Origin: a candidate division WOR-3 bacterium
GTDB taxonomy: Bacteria; Hydrothermota; Hydrothermia; JBDRYB01
Direction of reading: 5' to 3'
DNA length: 64,000 bases
Assembly: GCA_039803205.1 (NCBI GenBank)
Contig: JBDRYB010000003.1
Location: 64,001 to 128,000, forward strand
The position numbers and the translations under genes were made by a program. The notes below the pieces were generated by a model. That model did no database searches. It saw nothing but the letters and a program-made list of their open reading frames with translations, and was not told the origin of the DNA. Below are positions 28,331-37,060 of the stretch, piece by piece (position 1 is the first letter of the stretch; the number at the start of each line of letters is the position of its first letter).

Positions 28331-29455
28331 ATGAGAAGGTTATTTGTGCTGTTCTTGTTCTTCTCAGCCTGCGCCCCTAGGCAAGCCGGAAGGGAATCGG
28401 GTTCTGGCCCCCTGAGCGTCATGCCGGAGGATGTCCTCCTTCCCAATCCGGACAGCGTCCTCCGTGAGGCTCAGGACGCCTATAACCGAAAGGACTACCC
28501 GAGAGCGGCCTCAGCCTATCTTGACTATGTTAGCCGCAACAATCAGAACGCTATTGCCCTGTATAATCTCGCGTGCTGTTTCGGGCTTATGGGGGATTCC
28601 ATCAGGGCATCCGCCTTTCTAAGAGCCGCTTGGGACGCTGGATACAGGGACACCCTGCACATTCTGAGAGATCTGGATTTTGAACCGGTCAGGGGATCGC
28701 TGGCTTTCAAGAGCACGATGGATGGGATCATGGCCGAGGCCACCAGGGGAACCGAGGGGAAAAACAAGGTCTACCTCTCCGTTGGAACCCTGCTCCCCTG
28801 CTATGTTGTGGTGCCGGAGGATTACGATGCGCAGGAGCGCTACCCCTTGGTTATTGGCCTCCACGGCTACGGGTCGGACCCAAAGCAGTTCTCAGACCTG
28901 TTCCGGAGACCATACAAAACGGACACAACGAAAAAGTCAATGAAGATCAGCTTCATCTACGCGGTCCCATGCGCGCCCTATCCGGTGAGCCTTGGCGGGA
29001 AGCCCGGCTATTCCTGGACCCCTCCGGAGGGCGAAATAGGCAAAAGGGCTATATGGATGGACGCGGACTACATAACCTCCTTGCCTCGTGAGCTCCTCAA
29101 GTCCTACAACATTGATACCACCCGGGTCTATCTCCTTGGTTTCTCCCAGGGAGCGAGCATGGCATACACAATAGGGCTCAACAACTACAAGCGCTTTAAG
29201 GGGATAATCGCGTTCGCGGGATGGTTTGATACCACAATGGTGTCCCTTGAGTCCATAAGAAAGGCAAAGGCAGAGGGCATGAAGGTATTCATAGCCCACG
29301 GGAAATACGACCAATCGGTGCCGGTGACCGCGAGCATGGGGGCATACAAGTTTCTGAAGGAGATCTATCTTGATGTCTGGATATCGCAGTTTGAGGGCGG
29401 GCACGAGGTTCCGATGGAGACCCTTGAGTTCGCCATAAAGTGGATGGGGTTATGA
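28331..29455 (+). CDS. Lipoprotein, TPR + alpha/beta hydrolase (phospholipase/carboxylesterase)
   Basis: Lipobox FSAC; YNLACCF; LHGYG, GFSQGA nucleophile, HGKYD, GGHE. Confidence 0.88.
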   Translation: MRRLFVLFLFFSACAPRQAGRESGSGPLSVMPEDVLLPNPDSVLREAQDAYNRKDYPRAASAYLDYVSRNNQNAIALYNLACCFGLMGDSIRASAFLRAAWDAGYRDTLHILRDLDFEPVRGSLAFKSTMDGIMAEATRGTEGKNKVYLSVGTLLPCYVVVPEDYDAQERYPLVIGLHGYGSDPKQFSDLFRRPYKTDTTKKSMKISFIYAVPCAPYPVSLGGKPGYSWTPPEGEIGKRAIWMDADYITSLPRELLKSYNIDTTRVYLLGFSQGASMAYTIGLNNYKRFKGIIAFAGWFDTTMVSLESIRKAKAEGMKVFIAHGKYDQSVPVTASMGAYKFLKEIYLDVWISQFEGGHEVPMETLEFAIKWMGL

Positions 29456-29863
29456 GAGATGTTCTTGCTCACCCCTGCCAGATGCCCCCTTCATTCCCTC
29501 AAAAGCCATTACGAGGAGCCCAGCGCCCCTCATCACATCCGAAGCCGACATCCGTGCGAGCTTCTCCCGGAGCCTCTCAATCCTCCTCCTTGCCCTCCGG
29601 TAATCCGAGCACCTTTTATCCGTTGAGACATCAAGGATGGCCAGGATGTGGACGAGTCGCTCAACCGATGGCTCATCCTCCATAAGGGGAGCGAATGCCT
29701 CCTCAACCGAGCCAAATACCGCCTGTAGCCAGATTAGGGTGAGGGCGGTTGCTGGGCGAACCCTTGCGGGGCCAACCCGACCGAGCTCGCCCCTGAGAAA
29801 ACCCAGGGCCAGGGCCTTCCCCCTTTCTGCCTGAACCTTTGCCTTCTTTATCAGCTCTTTCAT
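29450..29863 (-). CDS. Putative tail assembly chaperone
   Basis: Helical 137 aa ORF directly after tail tube (ATGA overlap); call is positional. Confidence 0.45.
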   Translation of the reverse strand: MKELIKKAKVQAERGKALALGFLRGELGRVGPARVRPATALTLIWLQAVFGSVEEAFAPLMEDEPSVERLVHILAILDVSTDKRCSDYRRARRRIERLREKLARMSASDVMRGAGLLVMAFEGMKGASGRGEQEHLS

Positions 29864-30567
29864 TCTGAGACTATCCTCTCGCGTGTTATGAACCCATCCT
29901 CGTCAGAGAGAAGGATAAAACTGAGCTTCATTAGGGTTTCCCTCCCTGAGAGGAATTCCTCTGACCAAGAGGAGAGGACAGCCCTCCTCGCCTCTATTAC
30001 CCTGAATGCCTGGCCCTCGGAAGACGAACGCCCCAAGGCAGGGAAAACGAGGATGAGGGCAAAATCTCTGCAAAGATAATAACGATCCTCATCCTCCCCG
30101 TATGCGTATGAAACCAAAACCTCCTGTCCGGCGTCCTCCTCCGCAAAATAAAGAGCCCTCTCACCGGGGTCATATGAAAAGAAACCAGCCGAAGGGCGTT
30201 CTGCCATATCAAAAACATCCCCTGAGGGAGTCTCCACGATCAGGCTCTCCGGAGCCGGCTCATCCGGAAGCCTCAGCTTGAAAGGGGACTCATCGGGAAC
30301 CGTGAGCCTCAGGTCCCTCTTGAATGCCCTGGCCCCTCCGGCTCCGGTGATCGGGTTTGGGTCAAAGATCACCCTAGCAACGCACGAGACGGTTCCGCTA
30401 CCAGGGCCAGGCACAGCCGCGACGGGGAACTCATCCCTTTCGGAGTAAATGGGCCTCATAGAGTAATCAAGAAGGATGCTGACCTCCTCTAGATCAGCTA
30501 TCTTCAGAGCTTGTCTCCCGCGGAGAAGGAGTTCCCCAACGCCTCCACTGTAATACCTTCTCTTCAC
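29860..30567 (-). CDS. Putative major tail tube protein
   Basis: GVGELLL...LEEVSILLDYSMRPIY...FPVA and PSAGFFSY...LYFAEEDAGQEVLVSYAY resemble prophage tail tube proteins; position after tail terminator. Confidence 0.65.
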   Translation of the reverse strand: MKRRYYSGGVGELLLRGRQALKIADLEEVSILLDYSMRPIYSERDEFPVAAVPGPGSGTVSCVARVIFDPNPITGAGGARAFKRDLRLTVPDESPFKLRLPDEPAPESLIVETPSGDVFDMAERPSAGFFSYDPGERALYFAEEDAGQEVLVSYAYGEDEDRYYLCRDFALILVFPALGRSSSEGQAFRVIEARRAVLSSWSEEFLSGRETLMKLSFILLSDEDGFITRERIVSE

Positions 30568-30576
30568 GATACCCCC

Positions 30577-30921
30577 TTAGAAAAAGCACCTCGCTGTGAG
30601 CCTCACCACAGCCCTTTCTCCCTCCCCCAAGGAAGTAGCGGAACACTCCGATAGCCGCATCCCTAGCCCAGCTGAGAGCGCCTGTCTTGCGTTCTCTGCA
30701 ACGGCCATTGCATCAGAAAGGCAGGAATCTACAGCGATCAGCTCAAACCTGAGGAGGCCGTGCTCGTGGTCCGCTGAGCAAAGGAAGACCCTCTCCCACC
30801 TGGCCGTGTAATAGAGGCCTGGTTCTCTCGGCTCGCTCATGCTGGAATCCAGCGGTATTGCGGGACACCCTTGATTCTCAAGGATCTCAAGCACCTCTTG
30901 GATGTAGTCAACCAGCCTCAC
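30577..30921 (-). CDS. Putative tail terminator/completion protein (SPP1 gp17-like)
   Basis: 114 aa; RFELIAV...AMAVAENARQAL; position. Confidence 0.55.
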   Translation of the reverse strand: MRLVDYIQEVLEILENQGCPAIPLDSSMSEPREPGLYYTARWERVFLCSADHEHGLLRFELIAVDSCLSDAMAVAENARQALSAGLGMRLSECSATSLGEGERAVVRLTARCFF

Positions 30922-31253
30922 CTTATCTCAAACCTCCCATTGTATTCCTCAAGCAGAAGCTCCCAGTGATCCGTCCCGAATCCGGAAAACCGCCTCACCT
31001 CTTTTACCGCAAAAGCCCTCCCCGCGCGTTCAACCCAGCGTGGTTCCTCGCTTAGGGGAGGGGTGATAGCGATGGCGCGCTCTCTCGTTTCACGGCCGTA
31101 GGGGTCATCCTCTGCCCTAAAGGAGGCCCTTCCCCAACCGCATTGAACCCTGTTCCCTCTCGTGAAGATAGCGAGTTCAGAGCCGAGGGCATCCCTTTCG
31201 CCTACTAGATGAAGGATGTAAATGCTGTCCCTCATGAGAAATCCAAAGGCCAT
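30918..31253 (-). CDS. Putative head closure protein (SPP1 gp16-like)
   Basis: RDALG...GRAFAVKEV...HWELLL; TGATG coupling; GGAGG RBS. Confidence 0.6.
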   Translation of the reverse strand: MAFGFLMRDSIYILHLVGERDALGSELAIFTRGNRVQCGWGRASFRAEDDPYGRETRERAIAITPPLSEEPRWVERAGRAFAVKEVRRFSGFGTDHWELLLEEYNGRFEIR

Positions 31254-31774
31254 CAGAGAAACCTCCTCCTGTGCGCGTATCTTATGAGGACCCACCGGAC
31301 ATCATCCGAGAGAAGAGGGTTTTCCCGGAAATCTATGCCAGTCTCTCCGGATCTGAATCCGGAGATGTCCGGCCTCGGCCCCGCTAGGATCCTCGCGGCA
31401 ACTCGGGCCACTGTTCTGGCAACATCATCCGGGACAGGATCCTTCGGATCGTTGTAGTAATACACCACATCAACAGGCCTTCCGGTCTCAACCCTCATCT
31501 CGCCTATGCGTTGATTGAGCCACTCCCAGGCAACATCATTGCCCTTGTCATCCTTGACCGAGACTACGCTGTGAACAGGCCAGTGGCTGAGAAGCACCCA
31601 GAACCTGATGGGATTGTGCCTCTCGGAAGCCGGTTCAGCCCTGAAATGCCTGCCCGTGAAGGCATCAATGATGTCGGAGGCCTGGCATATAGCGAGGCTT
31701 ATCTCCTCATCGGTCCTATCCTGCTCCCCCAAGAGTCCCAACTCGGCCCTCACATCGCTTATTTCGCAATACAT
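31253..31774 (-). CDS. Head-tail adaptor (HK97 gp6/SPP1 gp15-like)
   Basis: MYCEISDVRAEL...ASDIIDAFTGRHF...VPDDVARTV...LIRY. Confidence 0.8.
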   Translation of the reverse strand: MYCEISDVRAELGLLGEQDRTDEEISLAICQASDIIDAFTGRHFRAEPASERHNPIRFWVLLSHWPVHSVVSVKDDKGNDVAWEWLNQRIGEMRVETGRPVDVVYYYNDPKDPVPDDVARTVARVAARILAGPRPDISGFRSGETGIDFRENPLLSDDVRWVLIRYAHRRRFL

Positions 31775-31791
31775 GGCTTTTTCCCTTTAAT

Positions 31792-31813
31792 TAAAAGGGG
31801 CCTTTCGGCCCCT
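31792..31813 (-). terminator. Rho-independent terminator directly after capsid gene
   Basis: Minus strand aggggcc-GAAA-ggcccct followed by a short U-tract. Confidence 0.75.
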
Positions 31814-31817
31814 CATC

Positions 31818-32831
31818 TCACTGGCCAAGGTTCTCTGCCTTGACAAAGGGGGTTATCCCTCCATCCGTGTCCCAGGCCAGCTTGCCATCTATCCGCTCCG
31901 TTATCGTTATCAGAACCTCATCCTTGAGAGCGAGGTCCTCGTCCTCCGTTATGACCCTGAGCTCAAGCCCGTTCCGTTCAAAGATGTGGTAGAACCTCAT
32001 GTCTCCGAGATATATGTCCCCATCGGCAAGGACAGAAGCCTCGTGAACAGGCCTCCCGTATACCGTCCAAGAGAAGGCTCCGGATAGGCTAGGAACGAGA
32101 AGGGGCCTTCCTGTTGTATCCTCAAGGCCGAGAAGGAGCGCCTTCGTCGCGCTGTTCGCATACCAGGCCGCGCTCTCGCGAAACTCAGGGGGCAGTTTCA
32201 CATACATCTCGTTCAGGACATCTAGGATGTCTTTGCCGGTCGCGTCTATGACCCAAGAGGCTGGTATTGCCCCGTCTATGCCAGAGGGTTTGCCTGTTCC
32301 ATCACCGAGCCAAAACGCGCTTTCCTCGGTGTATCTTATAGCCCTTCCGAGGGAATCCGCTATCTCAGCCCCAATATCAACTGAGCTGTCCTCAAGCGCC
32401 TCTACGGTCACCTTGGTGTAGGCCTTGAGCTTGTTCAGGTTCCAAGCCAGGTATCCAAAGGCTGGCTCTGATTCGGCCGGGGGTTCCGTGTCCTCCGAAA
32501 CCCAGTATGCGGTGAGGGAAGGCCTGGCAACCGGAACCCTCCCCGTGGACTCAGCGACCCTATGGAGGGTTGCTCCGGGCCGGACAGATGCCCCTAGTTC
32601 CGCGGCCTTTATGACCTCATTTGAGATACCGGTCGGGAGAAAGGGTGTCTCTCCCGAAGTTAGGGTCTTCAGCTTGGCGGAATCCCTGAAAGCCATTGCC
32701 CTTACTATATCAGCCAGACGCGTGTGAGGGTTCTCAGGCTCAGGGCTGTATGCCTTCCTTAGCCTTTCATCCATGGCTTCCCTTACAGCCTTTCTCAGGA
32801 GCTCAGTGAGCTCCCCCTTTGTCATCTCCAT
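31818..32831 (-). CDS. HK97-fold major capsid protein
   Basis: Short helical delta domain, LK/TLTSG cleavage-like site, AYWVSE, VTVEALEDS, FWLGDGTGKPSGI, LEDTTGRPLL, YGRPV, GDMRFY, ERIDGK. Confidence 0.93.
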   Translation of the reverse strand: MEMTKGELTELLRKAVREAMDERLRKAYSPEPENPHTRLADIVRAMAFRDSAKLKTLTSGETPFLPTGISNEVIKAAELGASVRPGATLHRVAESTGRVPVARPSLTAYWVSEDTEPPAESEPAFGYLAWNLNKLKAYTKVTVEALEDSSVDIGAEIADSLGRAIRYTEESAFWLGDGTGKPSGIDGAIPASWVIDATGKDILDVLNEMYVKLPPEFRESAAWYANSATKALLLGLEDTTGRPLLVPSLSGAFSWTVYGRPVHEASVLADGDIYLGDMRFYHIFERNGLELRVITEDEDLALKDEVLITITERIDGKLAWDTDGGITPFVKAENLGQ

Positions 32832-32833
32832 TT

Positions 32834-33352
32834 CTATTCCTCCTTTATCCTTATGGTCTCCTCCCCGAGGAGAGGGTTTATTCTCTCAAGTTCCTTCTCA
32901 AACCTCAGCATGCCGTCCCTGTATAGGGTGTTTAGCGCCTCAGGATTCGCTGGAACGGATACAGCTGAGTATTCCAGGAGTTCCTGCCGGATGTATTTCC
33001 GGCCCCCGGATGCCAAGGGTTCCCATCTGAGGGCAATGAAAGAGACGCTCCAAGCGTTGAGGACCCCCTCCCTGTAGAGCTGCCATATCTCCTCCGCCAG
33101 GGGGGTCCTCGCGAATTTCGTTCTGGCGACAAGAGCGTCTCCAACCCTTTTTATATCCAGACAGCGCCCTATTGGCGCCTCATACCTGTGCATCCAAAGG
33201 ACAACGGGGTTCCTGAGAAAGTTCTCAAGCTCCCAGCCGGAGACCTCAACAATATCCCCGTCCCTATCCGGGTCAGATGTTGAGATAACAGCTTCGACCG
33301 TCCTACTTTCCTCATTAACCCCGCGGGTGAAACCCGTTTTTACTACGAGCAT
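32834..33352 (-). CDS. HK97-family prohead protease
   Basis: DRDGDIV, NPVVLWMH, PIGR, AWSVSF, LLEYSAVSVPANPEA; catalytic H/S/E present; GGAGG before ATG 33352. Confidence 0.93.
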   Translation of the reverse strand: MLVVKTGFTRGVNEESRTVEAVISTSDPDRDGDIVEVSGWELENFLRNPVVLWMHRYEAPIGRCLDIKRVGDALVARTKFARTPLAEEIWQLYREGVLNAWSVSFIALRWEPLASGGRKYIRQELLEYSAVSVPANPEALNTLYRDGMLRFEKELERINPLLGEETIRIKEE

Positions 33353-33452
33353 TTTTCCTCCACTCAGAGGGAATAGTGCGAATGACACGGATGATTCTCC
33401 CTAGAAAAATGGTCGCGTGGAATTCTTTATGCTATGCTCGCTGAATGTGCGG

Positions 33453-34184
33453 CTATCTTACCTTCTCCCCCGTGGTTATGGCTATCCTTGACCCCACGAT
33501 ATACTCGGTTTCAAGGGTGGAGAAACCAGCCTTCTCCATGAGGTAGTGCAAGAGCCAAGGAGACCAAAGCCTAAACTTTGCCTGAAAGCCCCTCGGCTCA
33601 GATGGGCCCAGATACAGGCGCCTCACAAAACCCTCAAGGGTATTGAGCTCTGTGTGATACGATATCAGGAAACCGGACTCCGTTTCCTCAACGAGGACAT
33701 CCTTATATCCCTGATAAAGAAGCCCAATCCAGTCAAGATAATGGATCATGATCCATCCGCCGGGCCTCAGGACCCTGTGGCACTCGGAGAGGATTCTCTC
33801 CATTTCATTCATATCCCAGTGTGGGAGCGGGTTTGAGAGCATCGCGACGGCATCAAAGCTCTCAGGGGGGAACTCCAGCTTTCTTATGTCCATTAGCCTG
33901 AACTCCGCTGGGAGCCCGGATTCCTGAGCGAACTTCCTGGCCTTGGTGATGTATTCCTCCTGGATATCTATGCCCACCACCTTCTCATACCCTCCGGCGA
34001 TCAGGGCCGCGGACGAAACCCCCATTCCACACCCCACATCAAGCACGAGTCCGCCACTGGGCTCCAGATATTCCTCAACCAGGTCAGCGAGGAGGTTTAT
34101 GCGCCTTTTGCCCTCACGGGACAGGGGATCGTATATCTCGCCGTAAAAGCAGTAGTGGCGCTTTATTCCGGTATCAAGTTCCAT
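33453..34184 (-). CDS. Class I SAM-dependent methyltransferase
   Basis: VLDVGCGMG, GIDI, FDAV, RVLRPGG. Confidence 0.9.
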   Translation of the reverse strand: MELDTGIKRHYCFYGEIYDPLSREGKRRINLLADLVEEYLEPSGGLVLDVGCGMGVSSAALIAGGYEKVVGIDIQEEYITKARKFAQESGLPAEFRLMDIRKLEFPPESFDAVAMLSNPLPHWDMNEMERILSECHRVLRPGGWIMIHYLDWIGLLYQGYKDVLVEETESGFLISYHTELNTLEGFVRRLYLGPSEPRGFQAKFRLWSPWLLHYLMEKAGFSTLETEYIVGSRIAITTGEKVR

Positions 34185-34185
34185 C

Positions 34186-34659
34186 TTAGGCTCCTATGTG
34201 AAAGAGTGGATTAACCACCTCGTAATCCTCAAACCTCATGGCAATTTCCCGCTCGGCCTCAAGGATGTGAAAGTGGCTTCTCTCCATCATGGCAAGGTAT
34301 TCCAATAGGATGGATTCTTCTCCGGAGAGGGATTTTGCCAGGTTCAGGTAGAACTCCTCAGAGGCCCGCTCCGCGTCCATTGCGCCTCTAAGGAGATCAG
34401 ATATGGGGGTCTTTTCTCCGGGGACATAACGAGGCGATGGGACAGGGGTTTTATCTGGGATGAACGGTTCCTCTTTGAACTTCTGGACAAAGAGCCTCCT
34501 CAGAAAATCCTCGTGCTTGGACTCCTCAGAAGCAAGAAAGACTAGGCGTTCCGCCAAAAGGAGGTTTCTGATCCCGCCTGCGAGGCTGGCGTAGAACTCC
34601 CTTGCCTCCTGTTCAGAGCGGATGGCCTGACCAAACAAGATCTTAATCTCTTTTCCCAT
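34186..34659 (-). CDS. Ferritin-like/rubrerythrin family diiron protein
   Basis: AIRSEQEAREFY...EESKH and AMDAERASEEFY...MERSH (two E...ExxH units). Confidence 0.88.
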   Translation of the reverse strand: MGKEIKILFGQAIRSEQEAREFYASLAGGIRNLLLAERLVFLASEESKHEDFLRRLFVQKFKEEPFIPDKTPVPSPRYVPGEKTPISDLLRGAMDAERASEEFYLNLAKSLSGEESILLEYLAMMERSHFHILEAEREIAMRFEDYEVVNPLFHIGA

Positions 34660-34743
34660 GGTTCCATATTTTACTTCATTCCCTCGTATCCAAACAATCC
34701 CTTGCTCCTCGTTGCGCCAGGACATTAACATTTCCTCCTGGAT

Positions 34744-35934
34744 ATGAAAACCAAAGAATTGGTCCTTGTATTCATTGTAGCCGCTATATTCAGGTTCACG
34801 GTGGTTGCCCCTGCCTTTTTTGACTCCACGAGGCCCCTCGGCCCTCCCCACCTTGACACCCACGAGTATTACGCTCTCAGCCAGAGCTTGAGCCATGGAG
34901 TTTATCGGATAGGCAACACGGATTGGGTTCTAAGGCCCCCTGGATACCCGGCCTTCCTCGCGCTCAATTGGCTCGTGTTTGGCCCCGATCCGAGATCTGC
35001 TGTCCTACTCCAGGTTCTCCTCGGGGGCGTTATGGCCGTTGTGGTTGCGATCTGGGCTTGTAGGCTCGCGGGGAGGAGGGAGGCCTTGGCCTCAGGCATA
35101 CTCGCTGGCCTCGCTCCGGTCACGGGGCTTTTCTCCGGATTCCTGCTCACGGAGGCGCTTTTCACTACAAGCATCGCGCTCGGCCTCCTGTTTTTCAGGA
35201 GGGCCCCCGCGCTCTCCGGTTTCATCCTCGGGCTCTCAGCCCTAATAAGGCCGATGGGGATATACATCGCCTGCGCGCTTGCTCTCTTCCACCTCATTCG
35301 CAAGGATTGGGCAAAGGCCGGGTTTCTCACCTTATCATTCCTTCTTCCGGTTCTGCCGTGGCTCGCAAGGAACAAACTGATCCACGGCAAAGCCCTTATT
35401 TCAACCCAGCACGAGGCAACGGTCTTTCTCTACGCGGCTCCCTACACGATGATGGAGGAGAGGGGAATCGGTTACGAGGAGGCTTTATCAGCGCTCAGAG
35501 ACACGCTGGGATGCGATGACCTGTGGGCCGCGGCCCTCGATCCTGAGCTGGCCGGGGAGGTCTCCAAAAGGGGCATTGGCTATATTCTTCGCCACCCGAA
35601 AGCGTATGCCCTCGCTCACCTGAAGGGCTTTGTGAGGTGTTTTTACGGGCTAGGTAGGGATTTCACGAGGATGCTTTGGAAAAATGATCCGGCAGTCCTC
35701 ATCATTGTTTCTTGGGGTTGGTTTTATGCCCTGGCCACATACATCCTCGCTTTACTCGGGTTCCTCAGGCTGAGGGAGAAGGGGCTCCTGCTGGCAGTGG
35801 TTGTATTTCTGTTGGTGTTCCTTCCTGGACCGGATGGCTCTTTTAGGTTCCGTTCCCCGGCTGAGCCCATCCTCGCAGTGGCCGCGGGGGTTGGGCTGGT
35901 ATCCCTGGTGAACAGATTATCCCGGCCAGCCTGA
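34744..35934 (+). CDS. GT-C membrane glycosyltransferase (ArnT/PMT-like)
   Basis: DTHEYY, RPPGYP, LLTEALF, LIRP, PWLARN; many TM helices. Confidence 0.8.
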   Translation: MKTKELVLVFIVAAIFRFTVVAPAFFDSTRPLGPPHLDTHEYYALSQSLSHGVYRIGNTDWVLRPPGYPAFLALNWLVFGPDPRSAVLLQVLLGGVMAVVVAIWACRLAGRREALASGILAGLAPVTGLFSGFLLTEALFTTSIALGLLFFRRAPALSGFILGLSALIRPMGIYIACALALFHLIRKDWAKAGFLTLSFLLPVLPWLARNKLIHGKALISTQHEATVFLYAAPYTMMEERGIGYEEALSALRDTLGCDDLWAAALDPELAGEVSKRGIGYILRHPKAYALAHLKGFVRCFYGLGRDFTRMLWKNDPAVLIIVSWGWFYALATYILALLGFLRLREKGLLLAVVVFLLVFLPGPDGSFRFRSPAEPILAVAAGVGLVSLVNRLSRPA

Positions 35935-35979
35935 TCTCCTTCCTGGAGGAAAATACGAATTGAGGAGAACTGAGGCCCT

Positions 35980-36999
35980 TCATTTCTCCGTTTCCCAGAA
36001 CCCCACGACCCTCGCGCCAGGGTAATAGAACTCCAGTATCCTCATGTAATCGTCCCCGGACTCCGCCCTGAGCATGGCCCCCCTCTGACAAAGCCCTATA
36101 CCGTGCCCGTATCCCCTTCCCGCGATTATCGCGCTATCCGGCGTGCACTCCAGATTGGTTATCAGCGTGCTCCTGAGGCCGAGGCGCTTTCTGAACTCCG
36201 TTCCCTTCATCCTCACTCCCCCTACGGCAACCTGAGTTGCCCTCCCGGAGCTGTCTCTTTTCAGAACAGCGGGGCAATCTGTTGTTCCAAAGACCAGGCT
36301 CAGGGAATCAAGGCCAAAAGCCACCCTCCATGCCTGCGTCGTGTCAAGCACGCAAAAGGGATCAGGGCCATAGTATAAATAGGGCAGGTCATATCCTCCC
36401 CAAACCTGACTAGGCCTGGAAAGATGACCACCGCACGACCCGTGAAAGAAGACCTGGACCATACTCGGCCTCTTTTCGCCGTAGACAATAACCTCGTTCC
36501 TGGTTGCCCTTACCGCGTCAAGGCACTCCTCGGTCAGCGGCCCTGTTCCCCTGTAGACCTGAAAGTCCTCATTATCAGCGAAATGGCCCTTTGCCCTACT
36601 CATTCTCTCAAACGCCAGGGTCCTGGACAGGACAGCCTGGGCCTTGAGCGCCTGAAACGGCGCCTGACCCATCTCAGCCGCTATGACCCCAGCGAGATAC
36701 TCCTCCATTCTCAGGGAATTGACTATAAGAAGAGCGCCATGCTGGGCCCGTATTGTTATCTTTCCAGAATAGGTTCGGACAACGGTGCCCCCGTCCAGGG
36801 TTATCTCCTTGTCGTGAGGGCCCCAGACCACGAACTCAGGCGCGGTATCCCCGTTGATGAGGAGGTTGTTGGACGCGGCCTGGATGAAATAGGCGCCCCC
36901 GGGGACCCTGAGGACGAGGGAGCTCACCGTCCTATCGGAGAACAGCGCGATCTCAACGAAAGAGGTGTCAGAAACCGCGAAAAGGGTTGCCAAGAACAC
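35980..36999 (-). CDS. SpoIID/LytB domain protein
   Basis: EEYLAGVIAAEM, ALKAQAVLSRT, FQVY, GYGHGIGLCQ, ILEFYYPG; start inferred. Confidence 0.9.
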   Translation of the reverse strand: MFLATLFAVSDTSFVEIALFSDRTVSSLVLRVPGGAYFIQAASNNLLINGDTAPEFVVWGPHDKEITLDGGTVVRTYSGKITIRAQHGALLIVNSLRMEEYLAGVIAAEMGQAPFQALKAQAVLSRTLAFERMSRAKGHFADNEDFQVYRGTGPLTEECLDAVRATRNEVIVYGEKRPSMVQVFFHGSCGGHLSRPSQVWGGYDLPYLYYGPDPFCVLDTTQAWRVAFGLDSLSLVFGTTDCPAVLKRDSSGRATQVAVGGVRMKGTEFRKRLGLRSTLITNLECTPDSAIIAGRGYGHGIGLCQRGAMLRAESGDDYMRILEFYYPGARVVGFWETEK

Positions 37000-37060
37000 T
37001 GGAAGATTATAATGGGAAGGTGTAGCCTTGCGCTTGTTACTAGCTCGGTGGAGACGAGGT

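Larger units (their letters stand above)
29450..33352 (-). mobile_element. Isolated phage-derived head-neck-tail operon (no portal, TerL, tape measure, integrase or lysis genes); candidate GTA-like or domesticated prophage module
   Basis: Seven tightly packed intact ORFs in canonical siphovirus order; host genes directly on both sides. Confidence 0.85.

Noticed and set aside
29450..29863. Programmed -1 frameshift in the tail chaperone
   Set aside because: No convincing XXXYYYZ slippery site, and no room before the convergent esterase.
15835..33388. One complete prophage from the tRNA fragment to the capsid operon
   Set aside because: The interval contains fba, a subtilase and polysaccharide genes; there is no second att, intact integrase, replication, TerL, portal or lysis gene.
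31818..34659. Encapsulin system (HK97 shell plus nearby ferritin-like cargo)
   Set aside because: The shell has a delta domain, prohead protease and neck/tail genes, unlike encapsulins. The ferritin-like gene is separated by a methyltransferase and has no recognisable cargo-loading peptide. Not fully excluded.
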